From the NCBI GenBank assembly GCA_003266105.1, contig MVAA01000076.1, forward strand, positions 1-48,248: a stretch of 48,248 nucleotides of DNA, read 5' to 3'. Made by a program: the position numbers and the translations under genes. This DNA comes from Methanosphaera sp. rholeuAM6 (GTDB taxonomy: Archaea; Methanobacteriota; Methanobacteria; Methanobacteriales; Methanobacteriaceae). The notes beneath the pieces were generated by a model, which saw nothing but the letters and a program-made list of their open reading frames with translations, made no database searches and was not told the DNA's origin. Below, piece by piece: positions 1 to 10,782 of this stretch. Within the stretch, counting starts at the first letter, position 1, and the number at the start of each line of letters is the position of its first letter.

Positions 1-182
1 ATATTTAATAAGTAATACTTCACAATTTAAAAATAATTTTGTCAAGTCCTCGATACATTTCATCGCCCACTATTTTATTACAATCATAACTTTTTTTTGT
101 GAAATAATAAATAATGTCATATCTTAAAACATTAGACTAAACATATCACTTAATAAATTGATTTAACATAATTATTATTAGT

Positions 183-2429
183 ATGAATAATTTTATAGAA
201 CATGAATATTTAAGAAAGGACACTATAGAAGGTAGACTCTATCAGCAAAATCTGGCTATAAATGTGCTTAAGAAAGGAAACACTATGATTATAGCTCCCA
301 CGGCTATGGGAAAAACAGTTGTTGCAGCATTAGTATCTGCAGAAAGATTAAAAAATTTTAAGGACAGTAAAATTCTTATTCTTGCTCCAAGTAAACCGTT
401 AACTCTACAGCATGAAAAAAGCTTTAAAACATTCCTCAATACCAGTGTTGTTAGTTTAACAGGTAACGATAAGCCAAGCGACCGGAAGAAACTGTGGGAA
501 GAAAATCAGGTAATATGTGCTACCCCACAAACAGTAGAATCTGATATAATATCAAGAGAATACAATTTTAAGGATGTTTCATTAATCATTTTCGATGAAT
601 GTCATCATGCGGTCGGTTCATATTCTTATGTATATTTAGCTCAAAAGTATGTTCAACAGGGAAAAAACCAGTTAATATTAGGTTTAACAGCTAGTCCCGG
701 ATGGGAAAAGAGTAAAATTAAGGAAGTTAGTAAAAATATTTATGTAAATGAAATAATTATTAAAAGTGAAGATGATCCTGACGTTGCACCATACTTCAAT
801 CAGGTGCAGACAAAATGGATAAAGGTAAAGCTTACTCCAGAACTACAGGAAATTAAGGATTTGATAAATGAAACATTGAAAATCAGATTAAAAACCCTTA
901 AAAAGTTAGGTATTATAGATTCAATCAGTAAACCGTCAAAAAAGGAGGTTCTGGTAGAACAGTCCCGTTTGCAGAATAAGATTGCATCCAGCAGTGTACC
1001 TAAGAAGGAATATTTTACCGGTATTTCTATTCTCACAGAAGTTATTAACATTATGCATTCTCAGGAATTGCTTGAAACTCAAAGTATCAGTACTCTGAAT
1101 AATTACTTTAAAAAATTAGAAAAAAAGAAAACAAAGGCTGCCAAGTCATTAAAGAATGATTATAAGTTTAACAAGGCTGTTATGCTTGCACGTAAATATG
1201 TTGATAGTGGTGTAGATCATCCAAAGATGATTCGTTTGGTTGAATTGATTCAGCAGTTGATCAAGGAAGATTCCGAAAACAAGATTATTGTCTTCAGCCA
1301 GTTCCGTGACACTACAAAGACAATTTATGAAAATTGTCAGAAAAACAAGATTAAGGCATTACGTTTTTATGGTCAGGCTTCACGTGAGAATGATAAAGGT
1401 CTGACACAGAAAAAACAGATTGAAACCATTGATTCATTTAAGCATGATGATTACAATGTTCTTATTTCAACAAGCGTTGCCGAGGAAGGTATTGATATTC
1501 CATCCGTTGATTATGTGATATTATATGAGCCTGTACCTTCAGAGATTAGAATGATTCAGCGTAAGGGTCGTACAGGTCGTAAACATGAGGGTGAAATGTT
1601 TATATTAATGACTAAGGGCACTTTGGATGAGTCATATTACTGGTCAAGTCAAAGAAAAGAAAGAGCTATGAGAAACAACGTTTATAATTCATACCGTGAT
1701 GAAAGCATTACCTTGGACAATCATGTTGCCGATAATGATGATGTTACTTCATATAACGTTAACTCTTTAACAAATGATGATAATGCCGATGTTGAGATTT
1801 ATGTGGATTATCGTGAAAAGAATTCAAATATGATGAGGGAATTGGATAAGATTAACTGTAAGATTAATGTTAAGACCATGAGTGTCGGTGATTATCAGAT
1901 TACTGATGACATTATTATTGAAAGAAAAACAGTTGAGGATTTCAGCAAATCCATTACTGATAAAAGATTATATCAGCAGGCTAAGGAATTGGTTAATAAT
2001 TGCCGTAAACCTTTAATGATTATTGAAGGAGAAAACATTTATCACACATTCCTTCATCCGAATGCTATAAGAGGTGCACTTTCAGCTATTGCAATTGATT
2101 TTAGAATACCTATTATTCAAACCCACAATGAGACAGACACGGCTTTCATGATTAAACGTATTGCAATGCGTGAACAGGACAAGGACACACAAAAACCTGT
2201 CAGTGTCAGAACGCAAACAAAGCCTGTTACACTACCTGAACAACAGTTGTTTATTACGGAGAGCTTACCAGGTATTGGTCCTGTATCGGCCAAGAAGTTA
2301 CTTCAACATTTTAAAACCATACGAAAGCTTATAACTGCCTCCAAGAAAGAGTTAAAGGAAGTTGAAGGTATTGGTGAAAAGACTGCTACAAATATTATTG
2401 ATGTGACCAACCGAGAATTTAAAGAATAG
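183..2429 (+). CDS. hef: Hef helicase/nuclease (FANCM-like SF2 helicase fused to an ERCC4/XPF nuclease and HhH domain)
   Basis: Walker A APTAMGKT, DECH box, motif III LTASPG, motif VI QRKGRTGR, ERCC4 motif ERKTVEDF, C-terminal HhH (LPGIGP, VEGIGEK). Confidence 0.93.
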   Translation: MNNFIEHEYLRKDTIEGRLYQQNLAINVLKKGNTMIIAPTAMGKTVVAALVSAERLKNFKDSKILILAPSKPLTLQHEKSFKTFLNTSVVSLTGNDKPSDRKKLWEENQVICATPQTVESDIISREYNFKDVSLIIFDECHHAVGSYSYVYLAQKYVQQGKNQLILGLTASPGWEKSKIKEVSKNIYVNEIIIKSEDDPDVAPYFNQVQTKWIKVKLTPELQEIKDLINETLKIRLKTLKKLGIIDSISKPSKKEVLVEQSRLQNKIASSSVPKKEYFTGISILTEVINIMHSQELLETQSISTLNNYFKKLEKKKTKAAKSLKNDYKFNKAVMLARKYVDSGVDHPKMIRLVELIQQLIKEDSENKIIVFSQFRDTTKTIYENCQKNKIKALRFYGQASRENDKGLTQKKQIETIDSFKHDDYNVLISTSVAEEGIDIPSVDYVILYEPVPSEIRMIQRKGRTGRKHEGEMFILMTKGTLDESYYWSSQRKERAMRNNVYNSYRDESITLDNHVADNDDVTSYNVNSLTNDDNADVEIYVDYREKNSNMMRELDKINCKINVKTMSVGDYQITDDIIIERKTVEDFSKSITDKRLYQQAKELVNNCRKPLMIIEGENIYHTFLHPNAIRGALSAIAIDFRIPIIQTHNETDTAFMIKRIAMREQDKDTQKPVSVRTQTKPVTLPEQQLFITESLPGIGPVSAKKLLQHFKTIRKLITASKKELKEVEGIGEKTATNIIDVTNREFKE

Positions 2430-2462
2430 TTAAGTTAAATATATAATATTAAGGGATTGTTT

Positions 2463-3197
2463 ATGAAAATAATTGTAGACCGTAAGAATAGAAAGTATGT
2501 AGTTCATGATAAGGAATTCCATACCGAAAAAGGAGTTATACCTGAAGAGGATATAATTAATGCAACGGTTGGTGATGTTCTTGAGACACATATGGGTAAG
2601 AAATTTACTGTAATTGAACCTAATATTAATGATTATATAGAATTAATGAAAAGAAAATGTTCAATACTTTTACCACAGGATCTTGGACTTATAACTGCCT
2701 TTACAGGTATTGGTTATGGTAGTAATATTGTGGAGTCGGGAACCGGTGCAGGTAGCAGTTTACTGTTTTTTGCGAATATTGTAGGTCCTGAAGGTCATGT
2801 GTCCAGTTATGAAATAAGGGAAGACTTTGTTGAAATAATAAAAGAGAACATTGACGGCACTGATTTTAATAACATAACACTGTATAATCAGGATGTTACT
2901 GAGGGCTTTAAAGAAGAAGATAACAGTATTGACATGGTATTTGTTGATTTACCAAAACCGTCAGAAGTCATTATGGATGCTTATCGTATTCTTAAAACAG
3001 GTGGTTTTATTGCTGTTTATACTCCTTATGTAGAACAGTTTCAAATTGTTAATATAGTTCTTGGCAAGGCCGGATTTAAGCATATTACAATCAGAGAAGG
3101 AAATGTTAGAGAAATAGAAATAAAGAATAATAAAACTAGACCTAACAGTAGAATGGCTGGCCATACTGGTTATATTACTTTTGCTAGGAAAATATAG
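2463..3197 (+). CDS. trmI: tRNA (adenine-N1)-methyltransferase TrmI
   Basis: SAM motif VESGTGAGS, YEIREDF, DLPKP, C-terminal TRP..RMAGHTGYITFARK. ATG at 2463 preferred over TTG at 2457. Confidence 0.9.
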   Translation: MKIIVDRKNRKYVVHDKEFHTEKGVIPEEDIINATVGDVLETHMGKKFTVIEPNINDYIELMKRKCSILLPQDLGLITAFTGIGYGSNIVESGTGAGSSLLFFANIVGPEGHVSSYEIREDFVEIIKENIDGTDFNNITLYNQDVTEGFKEEDNSIDMVFVDLPKPSEVIMDAYRILKTGGFIAVYTPYVEQFQIVNIVLGKAGFKHITIREGNVREIEIKNNKTRPNSRMAGHTGYITFARKI

Positions 3198-3212
3198 TGG
3201 AGAATGATTATA

Positions 3213-4127
3213 ATGAGTTTTAATTTAAGTGACATTATTTCAATAAGAGATTTTACTAAAAGTGATGTAGATTATATATTAAAGAAAGCAGAAAAAATGG
3301 AACCTGTTGCCAGAAGCGAAAAAGTCTGTCATAAAAAGGATGGAAAACTGTTAGGTGTTATGTTTTATGAACCTTCCACACGTACAAGATTATCTTTTGA
3401 AACTGCTATGAAAAGACTTGGTGGAGATGTAGTTGGATTCAGTCAAAAGCAGGGAACAAGTGTACAGAAAGGAGAGGTATTGTATGATACATCCCAAATA
3501 GTATCACAGTACACAGATGCAATTGTTATAAGACATGATATGGAAGGGGCAGCAAGATTCATATCAAACAATGTAGACGTACCTGTGATAAATGCCGGTG
3601 ACGGTGCAGGTCAACATCCTAGTCAAACACTGCTTGATTTATACACTATAAAAAGAACACGCGGAGACTTAAAAAATCTTAAAATAGCTCTTGTCGGAGA
3701 TTTAAAGTATGGTCGTACAGTACACAGTTTAGTGTATGCCCTTGCAATGTTCAATGTTGAAATGGTATTTATTGCACCTGAAGAACTTCAAATGCCATCA
3801 GAAATAATTGAAGACTTAACTAAATTAAACTGTAAATTCACATTTAAAGCTACATTACTTGATAATCTAGAAGATATTGATGTATTATACATGACACGTA
3901 TACAGAAAGAAAGATTCCCTGATCCAAAGGAATATCAGAAAGTTAAAGGTCAATACACATTAAACAAGAACAATATTGAAGGAACTGATATTATAGTAAT
4001 GCATCCATTACCTAGAGTGGATGAAATAAACTTTAATGTAGATTCATTAGATAATGCAATGTATTTCAAACAGGCATTTTACGGCGTTCCTGTAAGAATG
4101 GCAATATTGGATTCTGTAATTAAATAA
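3213..4127 (+). CDS. pyrB: aspartate carbamoyltransferase catalytic subunit
   Basis: [28 protein letters not shown] and MHPLPR motifs. GGAG at 3199 suits ATG 3213; alternative start 3204. Confidence 0.96.
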   Translation: MSFNLSDIISIRDFTKSDVDYILKKAEKMEPVARSEKVCHKKDGKLLGVMFYEPSTRTRLSFETAMKRLGGDVVGFSQKQGTSVQKGEVLYDTSQIVSQYTDAIVIRHDMEGAARFISNNVDVPVINAGDGAGQHPSQTLLDLYTIKRTRGDLKNLKIALVGDLKYGRTVHSLVYALAMFNVEMVFIAPEELQMPSEIIEDLTKLNCKFTFKATLLDNLEDIDVLYMTRIQKERFPDPKEYQKVKGQYTLNKNNIEGTDIIVMHPLPRVDEINFNVDSLDNAMYFKQAFYGVPVRMAILDSVIK

Positions 4128-4136
4128 TTATAATAG

Positions 4137-4185
4137 AAAAAAATAGTGTTTGAAAAGAGAAATTAATGGTATTTTAAACCATTAA
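4137..4185 (-). terminator. putative cdc6 terminator
   Basis: Inverted repeat ttaatggt(4163-4170)/accattaa(4178-4185) with the stop codon in its loop, followed on the minus strand by AACACTATTTTTTT. Confidence 0.5.
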
Positions 4186-5319
4186 AGCCTGTTCAATCAA
4201 TTCTGTATCACATTGAAGAGTAATTATATTTGTTCTTCCCTTTCCCCTTCCCCTTGAAATGGTATTGGCTGAGATTAATCCTAACATTTCGAGTTCATTT
4301 ATAAAATCAAACAATCTCCTGTAGGATACCTTATCGTTTTTGGCAAGTTTTTGATATACTTCATATAAAAGACCTGAAGTAATCTCCTCATTTTTCTGGG
4401 TAAGTATTGTTATAGCTTCCAAAACTTTCTGTTGCTGTAAAGGTAATGTCATGATAATGTCAATTATTTTATTGTGCTCTATACGGTCTTTAGCTTCATT
4501 AACATAACTTTCGAGTATTATGTCAGATTCATTTTCATCTGCAATTTCACCTGAAGTTTTAAGTAAGTCTAAAGCATAACGGGCATCTCCTTCTTCCTTT
4601 GCTGCCAATGCAGAACATAAACTTATGACTCCAGGACCAATTGCTCCTTCATTAAATGCCAATCGACTACGTTCTTCAAGAATATCTATTAATTGCTGTG
4701 CATTATATGGTGGAAATACAATTTCACGATCTCTTAAACTGCTTTTAACTTTTGGTTTGATGAAACGCTTGAAATCAACATAATTACTGATGGATGTAAT
4801 GGACACATTATCGGTTCTGGTTAAAGTGTATAATATGCTGTCTCCATCATTTTTAAGAATAACATCTATTTCGTCCAGAATAACAATTAATATCAGGTCT
4901 TCTCCCAGCATATTACTGTTGAACAAATTTCTGAAAGTGTTGACAACTTCTGCTTTAGTCCATCCTCTGTATGGAACAGGTTTACCTAACTGTTGACATA
5001 ATCTTGCCAGTATCTGATATTCAGTATTAAAATCTGTACAACGAATGTATTCTATTCGAATATTAAGATCGTTTTCCTTAGCTACTTCTTCTAACTGTTG
5101 CTTTGCAAACAATGTTACTGCTGTTTTACCAGTTCCTGTTTTACCATATATTGTAATATCTTGAGGCGTTATTTTGCTTAATGCTTCAACCCAATATTTT
5201 GCAATTGATTTAAGTTTTTCATCTCTGTGTGGTAATGTTTCTGGTATAAAACGATGATCTAAAATCTCTTTGGATTTGAATATTGTTTTTTTATTTTTTA
5301 ATGGAATAAATATATTCAT
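4174..5319 (-). CDS. cdc6: Orc1/Cdc6 replication initiator
   Basis: Walker A GKTGTGKT, Walker [17 protein letters not shown], winged-helix C-terminus ([17 protein letters not shown]); adjacent to ORB-type repeats. Confidence 0.95.
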   Translation of the reverse strand: MNIFIPLKNKKTIFKSKEILDHRFIPETLPHRDEKLKSIAKYWVEALSKITPQDITIYGKTGTGKTAVTLFAKQQLEEVAKENDLNIRIEYIRCTDFNTEYQILARLCQQLGKPVPYRGWTKAEVVNTFRNLFNSNMLGEDLILIVILDEIDVILKNDGDSILYTLTRTDNVSITSISNYVDFKRFIKPKVKSSLRDREIVFPPYNAQQLIDILEERSRLAFNEGAIGPGVISLCSALAAKEEGDARYALDLLKTSGEIADENESDIILESYVNEAKDRIEHNKIIDIIMTLPLQQQKVLEAITILTQKNEEITSGLLYEVYQKLAKNDKVSYRRLFDFINELEMLGLISANTISRGRGKGRTNIITLQCDTELIEQALMV

Positions 5320-5341
5320 TTTAACATCTCTTTTGGGTTGT

Positions 5342-5459
5342 ATTTCCAGTATAACATAACTTGAAATATTAATGTTTCAAGTGAAAAATTTGATACTACT
5401 ACATTTATTTGTTATAGTATAAAAATGTTTAGAGAGACAGACATATGTTTCAAGTGTAA
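5342..5459 (-). repeat. left mini-ORB cluster (Orc1/Cdc6-binding repeats)
   Basis: Minus strand: ttatactggaaat 5342-5354, tttcacttgaaac 5374-5386, ttacacttgaaac 5447-5459. One plus-strand copy, cataacttgaaat, at 5355-5367. Confidence 0.8.
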
Positions 5460-5594
5460 ATATAATTTGGTGTACCAAAGTTTTTTCAGAAATTAATGAA
5501 AAAAAAATCATTTAAATCAAAGTTAAATATTAAAATAAAATCTAAATAAATATTTAAATGAAATAAAATAAATGTAAAAACAGTTAATTGGAAT

Positions 5595-5800
5595 ATGAAT
5601 AATATATATAATATATTATATAATATAATTAATAATAATATAATAATATAATATATAAATATATATAAATAAATATATAATAAAATAAAATAATAATACC
5701 ATTTTATTTTAAATTTAACATTATATAATCAATAAAAAATTTCATTTTTGACATATTTAAATAAGTATTACTAAAATAATTTAACATATTATTTTATTAC
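5595..5800. other. AT-rich DNA unwinding element (DUE) of oriC
   Basis: Almost exclusively A/T (e.g. aatatatataatatattatataatataattaataataatataataatata), located between the two oppositely oriented ORB clusters. Confidence 0.75.
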
Positions 5801-5824
5801 TTTATTATTTTCTTATTAAAAATT

Positions 5825-6056
5825 TTACACTTGCAATTATTCTACATATTTTGATTTTTCATTAAAAATTACATTATTTACATTTGAAAGATAAGTCTTA
5901 TTTTCATCATTTATTTTCCTATATTTTTTACAGTTGAAATTTATCTCTCACTTTTTAATTTAAAAATTTTTAATTAACAATTTTACAGTTGAAAAATACC
6001 TCTCACTTTTCAAAAACACATTTGAAATCAAAAGTTTTTACACTTGAAATGTACCT
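5825..6056 (+). repeat. right mini-ORB cluster (Orc1/Cdc6-binding repeats)
   Basis: ttacacttgcaat 5825, ttacatttgaaag 5878, ttacagttgaaat 5928, ttacagttgaaaa 5983, acacatttgaaat 6016, ttacacttgaaat 6038. Copies at 5928, 5983 and 6038 are followed by a CTC(TC) tail. Confidence 0.88.
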
Positions 6057-6090
6057 CTATTATATAGTTTGATAAATATACATAATCATA

Positions 6091-7050
6091 ATGTTTTACG
6101 AAAATTTAATCTATGGAATTTCAATAATATTCCTCTCTTTAATAATAGATATGATCTTAGGGGAAGTGCCTAATCAAGTACATCCTGTAATATTCATGGG
6201 AAAAATAATAGAAAAATTAAAAAATTATTTACCCAACACAAAAATTTCAGGATTGCTAACAATTTTGACAACAACATTCATATTTGCCGTAATATCATTA
6301 TTACTACTTTTATTATGTGCATTTGTAAACCAGTGGCTATTCATAATATTTGCCTCATTACTCTTGTCTACAACATTTTCAATAAATTTTCTTATTGAAT
6401 CAGTCAGAAACATTCAAAAAGATCTAGAAGAAGATATTGATAAAGCAAGAAAGGCAATGTCATATCTTGTTAGTAGAAATACAAGTGAACTAACAGAATC
6501 CAGAATTACGTCAGCAGCAATAGAAACATTAACAGAAAACATTACTGACAGTATAATATCCCCCCTGTTTTACACATCAATAGTAACAATATTCTTTGGA
6601 ATAATTATAGGAATAATTGTTGCAGTAATATATAGAGTTTCTAATACAATGGATGCAATGTTGGGATATAAAACTAAAGAACTTATAAACATCGGCTGCT
6701 ATCCTGCACAGTTTGATGACTTACTTAATTATATACCTGCAAGAATCACAGGATACTACGTAATTTTAGCATCATATTTCTTAAAGTATGACTATAAACA
6801 ATCATATGATGTAATGAAAAAATATGCTCTTAAAACACCTAGTCCAAACAGTGGATATTCCATGGCTGCAACAGCAGGAGCATTAAACATTACGCTTGTA
6901 AAGGAAGGTGTTTATGAACTTGGTTATGGAACAGATGAATTGACAAAAGAAAAAATATCACAAGCAATTAACATTACCAAAGTTTCGTCATTACTATTCA
7001 TATTAACAATTTTAATAATTTATTTCATATTAATAATTCTTTTAATGTAA
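6091..7050 (+). CDS. cbiB: adenosylcobinamide-phosphate synthase CbiB
   Basis: Membrane protein with HPVIFMG, LVSRNT, ETLTENITD, NTMDAMLGYK, DDLLNYIPARI and PSPNSG motifs. Confidence 0.92.
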   Translation: MFYENLIYGISIIFLSLIIDMILGEVPNQVHPVIFMGKIIEKLKNYLPNTKISGLLTILTTTFIFAVISLLLLLLCAFVNQWLFIIFASLLLSTTFSINFLIESVRNIQKDLEEDIDKARKAMSYLVSRNTSELTESRITSAAIETLTENITDSIISPLFYTSIVTIFFGIIIGIIVAVIYRVSNTMDAMLGYKTKELINIGCYPAQFDDLLNYIPARITGYYVILASYFLKYDYKQSYDVMKKYALKTPSPNSGYSMAATAGALNITLVKEGVYELGYGTDELTKEKISQAINITKVSSLLFILTILIIYFILIILLM

Positions 7051-7075
7051 ATATAAAACAGGAGGACTACTCAAA

Positions 7076-8065
7076 ATGAATATTGCAATTTTATCAGTAA
7101 CTAATCAAGGTAAACATGTATCTGACAAAATATATGATGAATTAATACAAAATCCACTTTTTATTAATGTTACACAATATCATAAAAATGTTATTCAAAC
7201 AATTAATAATATCTTTGATAAATATGACTGTATTATAGGAATTATGGCTTCAGGAATATTGATTAGATCAATTGCTCCACATGTTACTTCAAAACTGTCT
7301 GATCCGGCAGTGTTGCTCATAGATGATAATGCTAATTTTGTAGTTAGTCTACTTAGTGGACACTTTGGAGGAGCAAATGATTTAACAGTGAAAATAGCAG
7401 ATATTCTTGATTCCACACCAGTTATTACAACATCCACTGATGTAAATAATAAAATTGGAATAGATTCCATTGCAAAAAGATATTTCTGTTTGTTGGAAAA
7501 TCCTAAAAACATTAAATTCATTAACAGAGCATTGGTTGATAATATGAAAGTTGATTTATATCTGCCTGATAAATATTCTTTTATCATAACGGATGATTTA
7601 AAGGAATCCTATAATATTCATATAAATAATGAATATGATTACATTGTTTCTGTTATTGATAATCATGAAGTTATATTAAAACCTAGAAAACTTGTTATGG
7701 GTATTGGTGCAAGACGTGATATTGCAGCAAGTAAAGTGGAAAATGCCATTAACCAGGCGTGCAATATACTGGAAATACCGCCTGAAAGAATTGATTTCTT
7801 TGCAACTGCTGATGTGAAAGCTAATGAAAAAGGAATACTTGAAAACATTAATGAATTAAACAAAGAATTGATTATAATTCCTATGGAAGAAATTAAATCT
7901 TATCAAAATGATGAATGTTCAAAATCGGATTTTGTCATGAAACAATTTGGAGTAAAAGGTGTTTGTGAACCTACTGCACTAATAGCAAATGATGATAATT
8001 CCCGTTTAATTTTCAAAAAAACAGCTTATAACGGCGTAACTATCGCTGTTTCGTTAAATAATTAG
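7076..8065 (+). CDS. cbiG: cobalt-precorrin-5A hydrolase CbiG
   Basis: MASGILIR, DPAVLLID, SLLSGHFGGAN, PVITTSTD, MGIGARR, GVCEPTAL. Confidence 0.92.
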   Translation: MNIAILSVTNQGKHVSDKIYDELIQNPLFINVTQYHKNVIQTINNIFDKYDCIIGIMASGILIRSIAPHVTSKLSDPAVLLIDDNANFVVSLLSGHFGGANDLTVKIADILDSTPVITTSTDVNNKIGIDSIAKRYFCLLENPKNIKFINRALVDNMKVDLYLPDKYSFIITDDLKESYNIHINNEYDYIVSVIDNHEVILKPRKLVMGIGARRDIAASKVENAINQACNILEIPPERIDFFATADVKANEKGILENINELNKELIIIPMEEIKSYQNDECSKSDFVMKQFGVKGVCEPTALIANDDNSRLIFKKTAYNGVTIAVSLNN

Positions 8066-8285
8066 TATTTTTTACACTTGCAATTTATGTCTTTTCTTTA
8101 ATTGAATTAAAGTAATCTTTAATTTTCTTCTTTTTTTACATTTAATTAAACACTTAAATACAACTTATTTTTATAATAGTTTTAACATAAATATTATAAT
8201 ATGATTATTTAATGCAAATACAATGATTTAATAATTTCAATATTACTTTTTAACATAATAAAAAAAAGAGGGGAGTGTATTTTTT

Positions 8286-8555
8286 ATGTCCAATATAATG
8301 AATAATGAAGAAATTTTTGCAAATTGTACAGAAATATTATCACAGATAATAAATGATAATAGTGTACCAAGAAATATAAGGAAGGCTGCTGAAGATTCAA
8401 CAGTACTGCTTGCAAAAGAGGATGATGAACCAACAATCAAAGCAAGCACTGTAATTTCAATACTTGATGATATAAGTAATGATCCAAACATACCAATTCA
8501 TGCTAGAATACTTATATGGAACATTTTAAGTGAATTAGAAGCAGTTAAAGATTAA
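8286..8555 (+). CDS. UPF0147 family protein
   Basis: [15 protein letters not shown] and [22 protein letters not shown] match the archaeal UPF0147 pattern. Confidence 0.85.
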   Translation: MSNIMNNEEIFANCTEILSQIINDNSVPRNIRKAAEDSTVLLAKEDDEPTIKASTVISILDDISNDPNIPIHARILIWNILSELEAVKD

Positions 8556-9141
8556 GCATATGCGTAATATATTGAGTTTTAGCTATTCCTTCTACATATT
8601 CACATAGGAGAGTAGCTTCATCAATATCCATACCCACCGTAATTAAACCATGGTCTTTTAATAAGACTTTATCCTCATTTTTTAAGGCTTCACTAGCATA
8701 TTTAGCTAACTTTTTACTTCCAGGCGGATAATAATCAACCTCGGCAATATATTCACCAGTTATTTCACCAAAACCTTCAAGCTGACGTAATCTTTTATTA
8801 CTGAAAGCAAATGCTGTAGCGTATGGTGAATGAACATGAACAACACTTTTAACATCATCCCTGTTTTTATAAACGCCTATATGTAAACTTGTTTCCATAG
8901 AAGGAACTTTATCACATCTTGAAACATAACTTAAATCATTAATGTTAACTTTTATAATATCATTATAACTTAAACTTTTAAAATCAGTACCTGAAGCAGT
9001 AATATATATAAATTTACCAGAATCATCAAGAATACTGATATTACCAGCCTTACCAAGTATCATATCTTTGTCATAAATATGATGAGCAGTTTTAACTATT
9101 TTTTCAATTATATCATTATTCATAACCTTATTCAACCCCAT
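8545..9141 (-). CDS. class II aldolase/adducin family protein (L-fuculose-phosphate aldolase-like)
   Basis: [22 protein letters not shown] and LLKDHG metal-binding motifs; start may be 9123. Confidence 0.88.
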   Translation of the reverse strand: MGLNKVMNNDIIEKIVKTAHHIYDKDMILGKAGNISILDDSGKFIYITASGTDFKSLSYNDIIKVNINDLSYVSRCDKVPSMETSLHIGVYKNRDDVKSVVHVHSPYATAFAFSNKRLRQLEGFGEITGEYIAEVDYYPPGSKKLAKYASEALKNEDKVLLKDHGLITVGMDIDEATLLCEYVEGIAKTQYITHMLNL

Positions 9142-9159
9142 TAAACAAAAAAATTATTA

Positions 9160-10629
9160 CTAATCATTAGTGAAATCCAACAGTTGCATAGTACCTCTTC
9201 TGATAATAGGTACCTGACCATATGTAGGAACAATGTTGTAAATCTTCTGAAACTCCGTCTGTTTCTGGAAAGTACCTGAATTCAACATATGAATTCCCTT
9301 ATATTTCACATGGGAATTAATGTGAACATGACCTGTATGTAAAATATCGGGAACTTCATCCATAACCATATAATCTTCAAACTCGCTTGCAAGAGGAGTT
9401 CTTTCACCATATATAGGAGCAAGATGTCTTTTTTCCAACAGTAGTTTCATTATCTTATCCGTATCCGCATGGGTATAACCGTTCAATGCCATGACAATAT
9501 CATCAAAGCTACGTCCATGATAAACCTGAACATTAATATTATCCAATTTGATAATTGAAGGATTACTTACCATTTCAACATTCTTCTGTTTACACAAATC
9601 CTTCGCATACTGTTCAGTAATAGCAGGCTGAGGCTCTGCTAACCTTGTAGCATCATGGTTACCTGGAGATATGATTATAGGAATATCAGTAATATCACCA
9701 AGTAATCTGCCAGCTTCCTCATACTGTTCATAAATATCCTTGATTTTCAACTCTTTTTCCTGATTAGGATAAACACCTATCCCATCAACAAGGTCACCAC
9801 CAATTATTAAATATTTAACGTCATTAGCAAGGTCTTGCTGTTCTTCACTACCATAATTTCCATTTAACCATTTAATAAACCTGTTAAAGCTTTCTTCATC
9901 AAACTGTTTACTGCCTATATGTACATCAGATATGAATACTGCGGAAAAATCCATAGGCTTATCAACAATTCTTCTTTGTATTCCAGGATGAGCAATTTCA
10001 TCAGCACGTATTAAATTACCAGTAGTACTGCCAGTAATTCCAATAACTTCATCTTTTACAATGGTTTGACTACTTTCAAGTAATTCTTCATTGTCATTTA
10101 GAACAATAACGTTAGCTGTTCCAGTAGTATCTTCTATTTCAAATATTCTATGCCCGTTTTTAGTATTATTAATACTGTTAACTATTCCAATGACATGCAG
10201 ATTATCAATGTTTGTTTTTGTATTTTTAAGATCTTCAACCTTTTTAAATTCAGGATTCTCCTGCAATATCTTTTTAAGCTTTTCAAAACGATTGTTGAAA
10301 TATTTGTTTAAATCCTTAATATCTCCATCTGTATATGATTTATTTGTAACATCTAAAGTTATTTCATATGGAGTTTCCTGATTTTCACGAATTTGCCTAG
10401 TTTTAGGATTTTCAATAATTGATTCATGAATTCTTCGTTTTTCATGTTTTTGATAATTTCTTATGGTACTTGTGGTTATAATGAATTTATCACTTTCATT
10501 CTTTTCAATATAATCAATAAGTTCATTAATTAAATACTCACTGTCATTATTTGCTTTGATTTCAGCGTAAGCATTGTTATTTAATAATAAATTAACGTCT
10601 TGAAATTTTTTTATAATATCACTAGGCAT
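9160..10629 (-). CDS. polB: DNA polymerase D small (proofreading exonuclease) subunit DP1
   Basis: OB fold followed by calcineurin-like motifs ISDVHIGS, GDLVDGIGVYP, PGNHD, YHGRS, RHLAPIYG, TGHVH, NSGTFQ. ATG at 10629; ORF track starts at 10638. Confidence 0.94.
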   Translation of the reverse strand: MPSDIIKKFQDVNLLLNNNAYAEIKANNDSEYLINELIDYIEKNESDKFIITTSTIRNYQKHEKRRIHESIIENPKTRQIRENQETPYEITLDVTNKSYTDGDIKDLNKYFNNRFEKLKKILQENPEFKKVEDLKNTKTNIDNLHVIGIVNSINNTKNGHRIFEIEDTTGTANVIVLNDNEELLESSQTIVKDEVIGITGSTTGNLIRADEIAHPGIQRRIVDKPMDFSAVFISDVHIGSKQFDEESFNRFIKWLNGNYGSEEQQDLANDVKYLIIGGDLVDGIGVYPNQEKELKIKDIYEQYEEAGRLLGDITDIPIIISPGNHDATRLAEPQPAITEQYAKDLCKQKNVEMVSNPSIIKLDNINVQVYHGRSFDDIVMALNGYTHADTDKIMKLLLEKRHLAPIYGERTPLASEFEDYMVMDEVPDILHTGHVHINSHVKYKGIHMLNSGTFQKQTEFQKIYNIVPTYGQVPIIRRGTMQLLDFTND

Positions 10630-10782
10630 GAAAATCAACTATCTCATATTTTTTTTATTTAATAATATTCATTATTATTAAATCTAATTTTCCTAACTCT
10701 TAAAAATATGTATATATTATAATCTACTTAAAATTATATAGAATATATAATTATTTTAAGGAAAATATTTTGGAGGGAATTT

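Larger units (their letters stand above)
5320..6090. other. chromosomal replication origin oriC
   Basis: 770-bp intergenic region upstream of cdc6 with about 10 mini-ORB copies (consensus TTACA[C/G]TTGAAA) in two clusters flanking a nearly pure A/T stretch; this is the known Methanobacteriales origin architecture. Confidence 0.92.

Noticed and set aside
5373..5388. tgtttcaagtgaaaaa matches the bacterial parS consensus TGTTTCACGTGAAACA at 14 of 16 positions
   Set aside because: Fully explained as a minus-strand mini-ORB, and the ParA partner lacks the HTH domain that reads parS
5342..6056. Repeats in the cdc6 upstream region as a CRISPR array
   Set aside because: Repeats are only about 13 bp, degenerate, in both orientations, mostly irregularly spaced, and no cas genes are present; they are ORB elements
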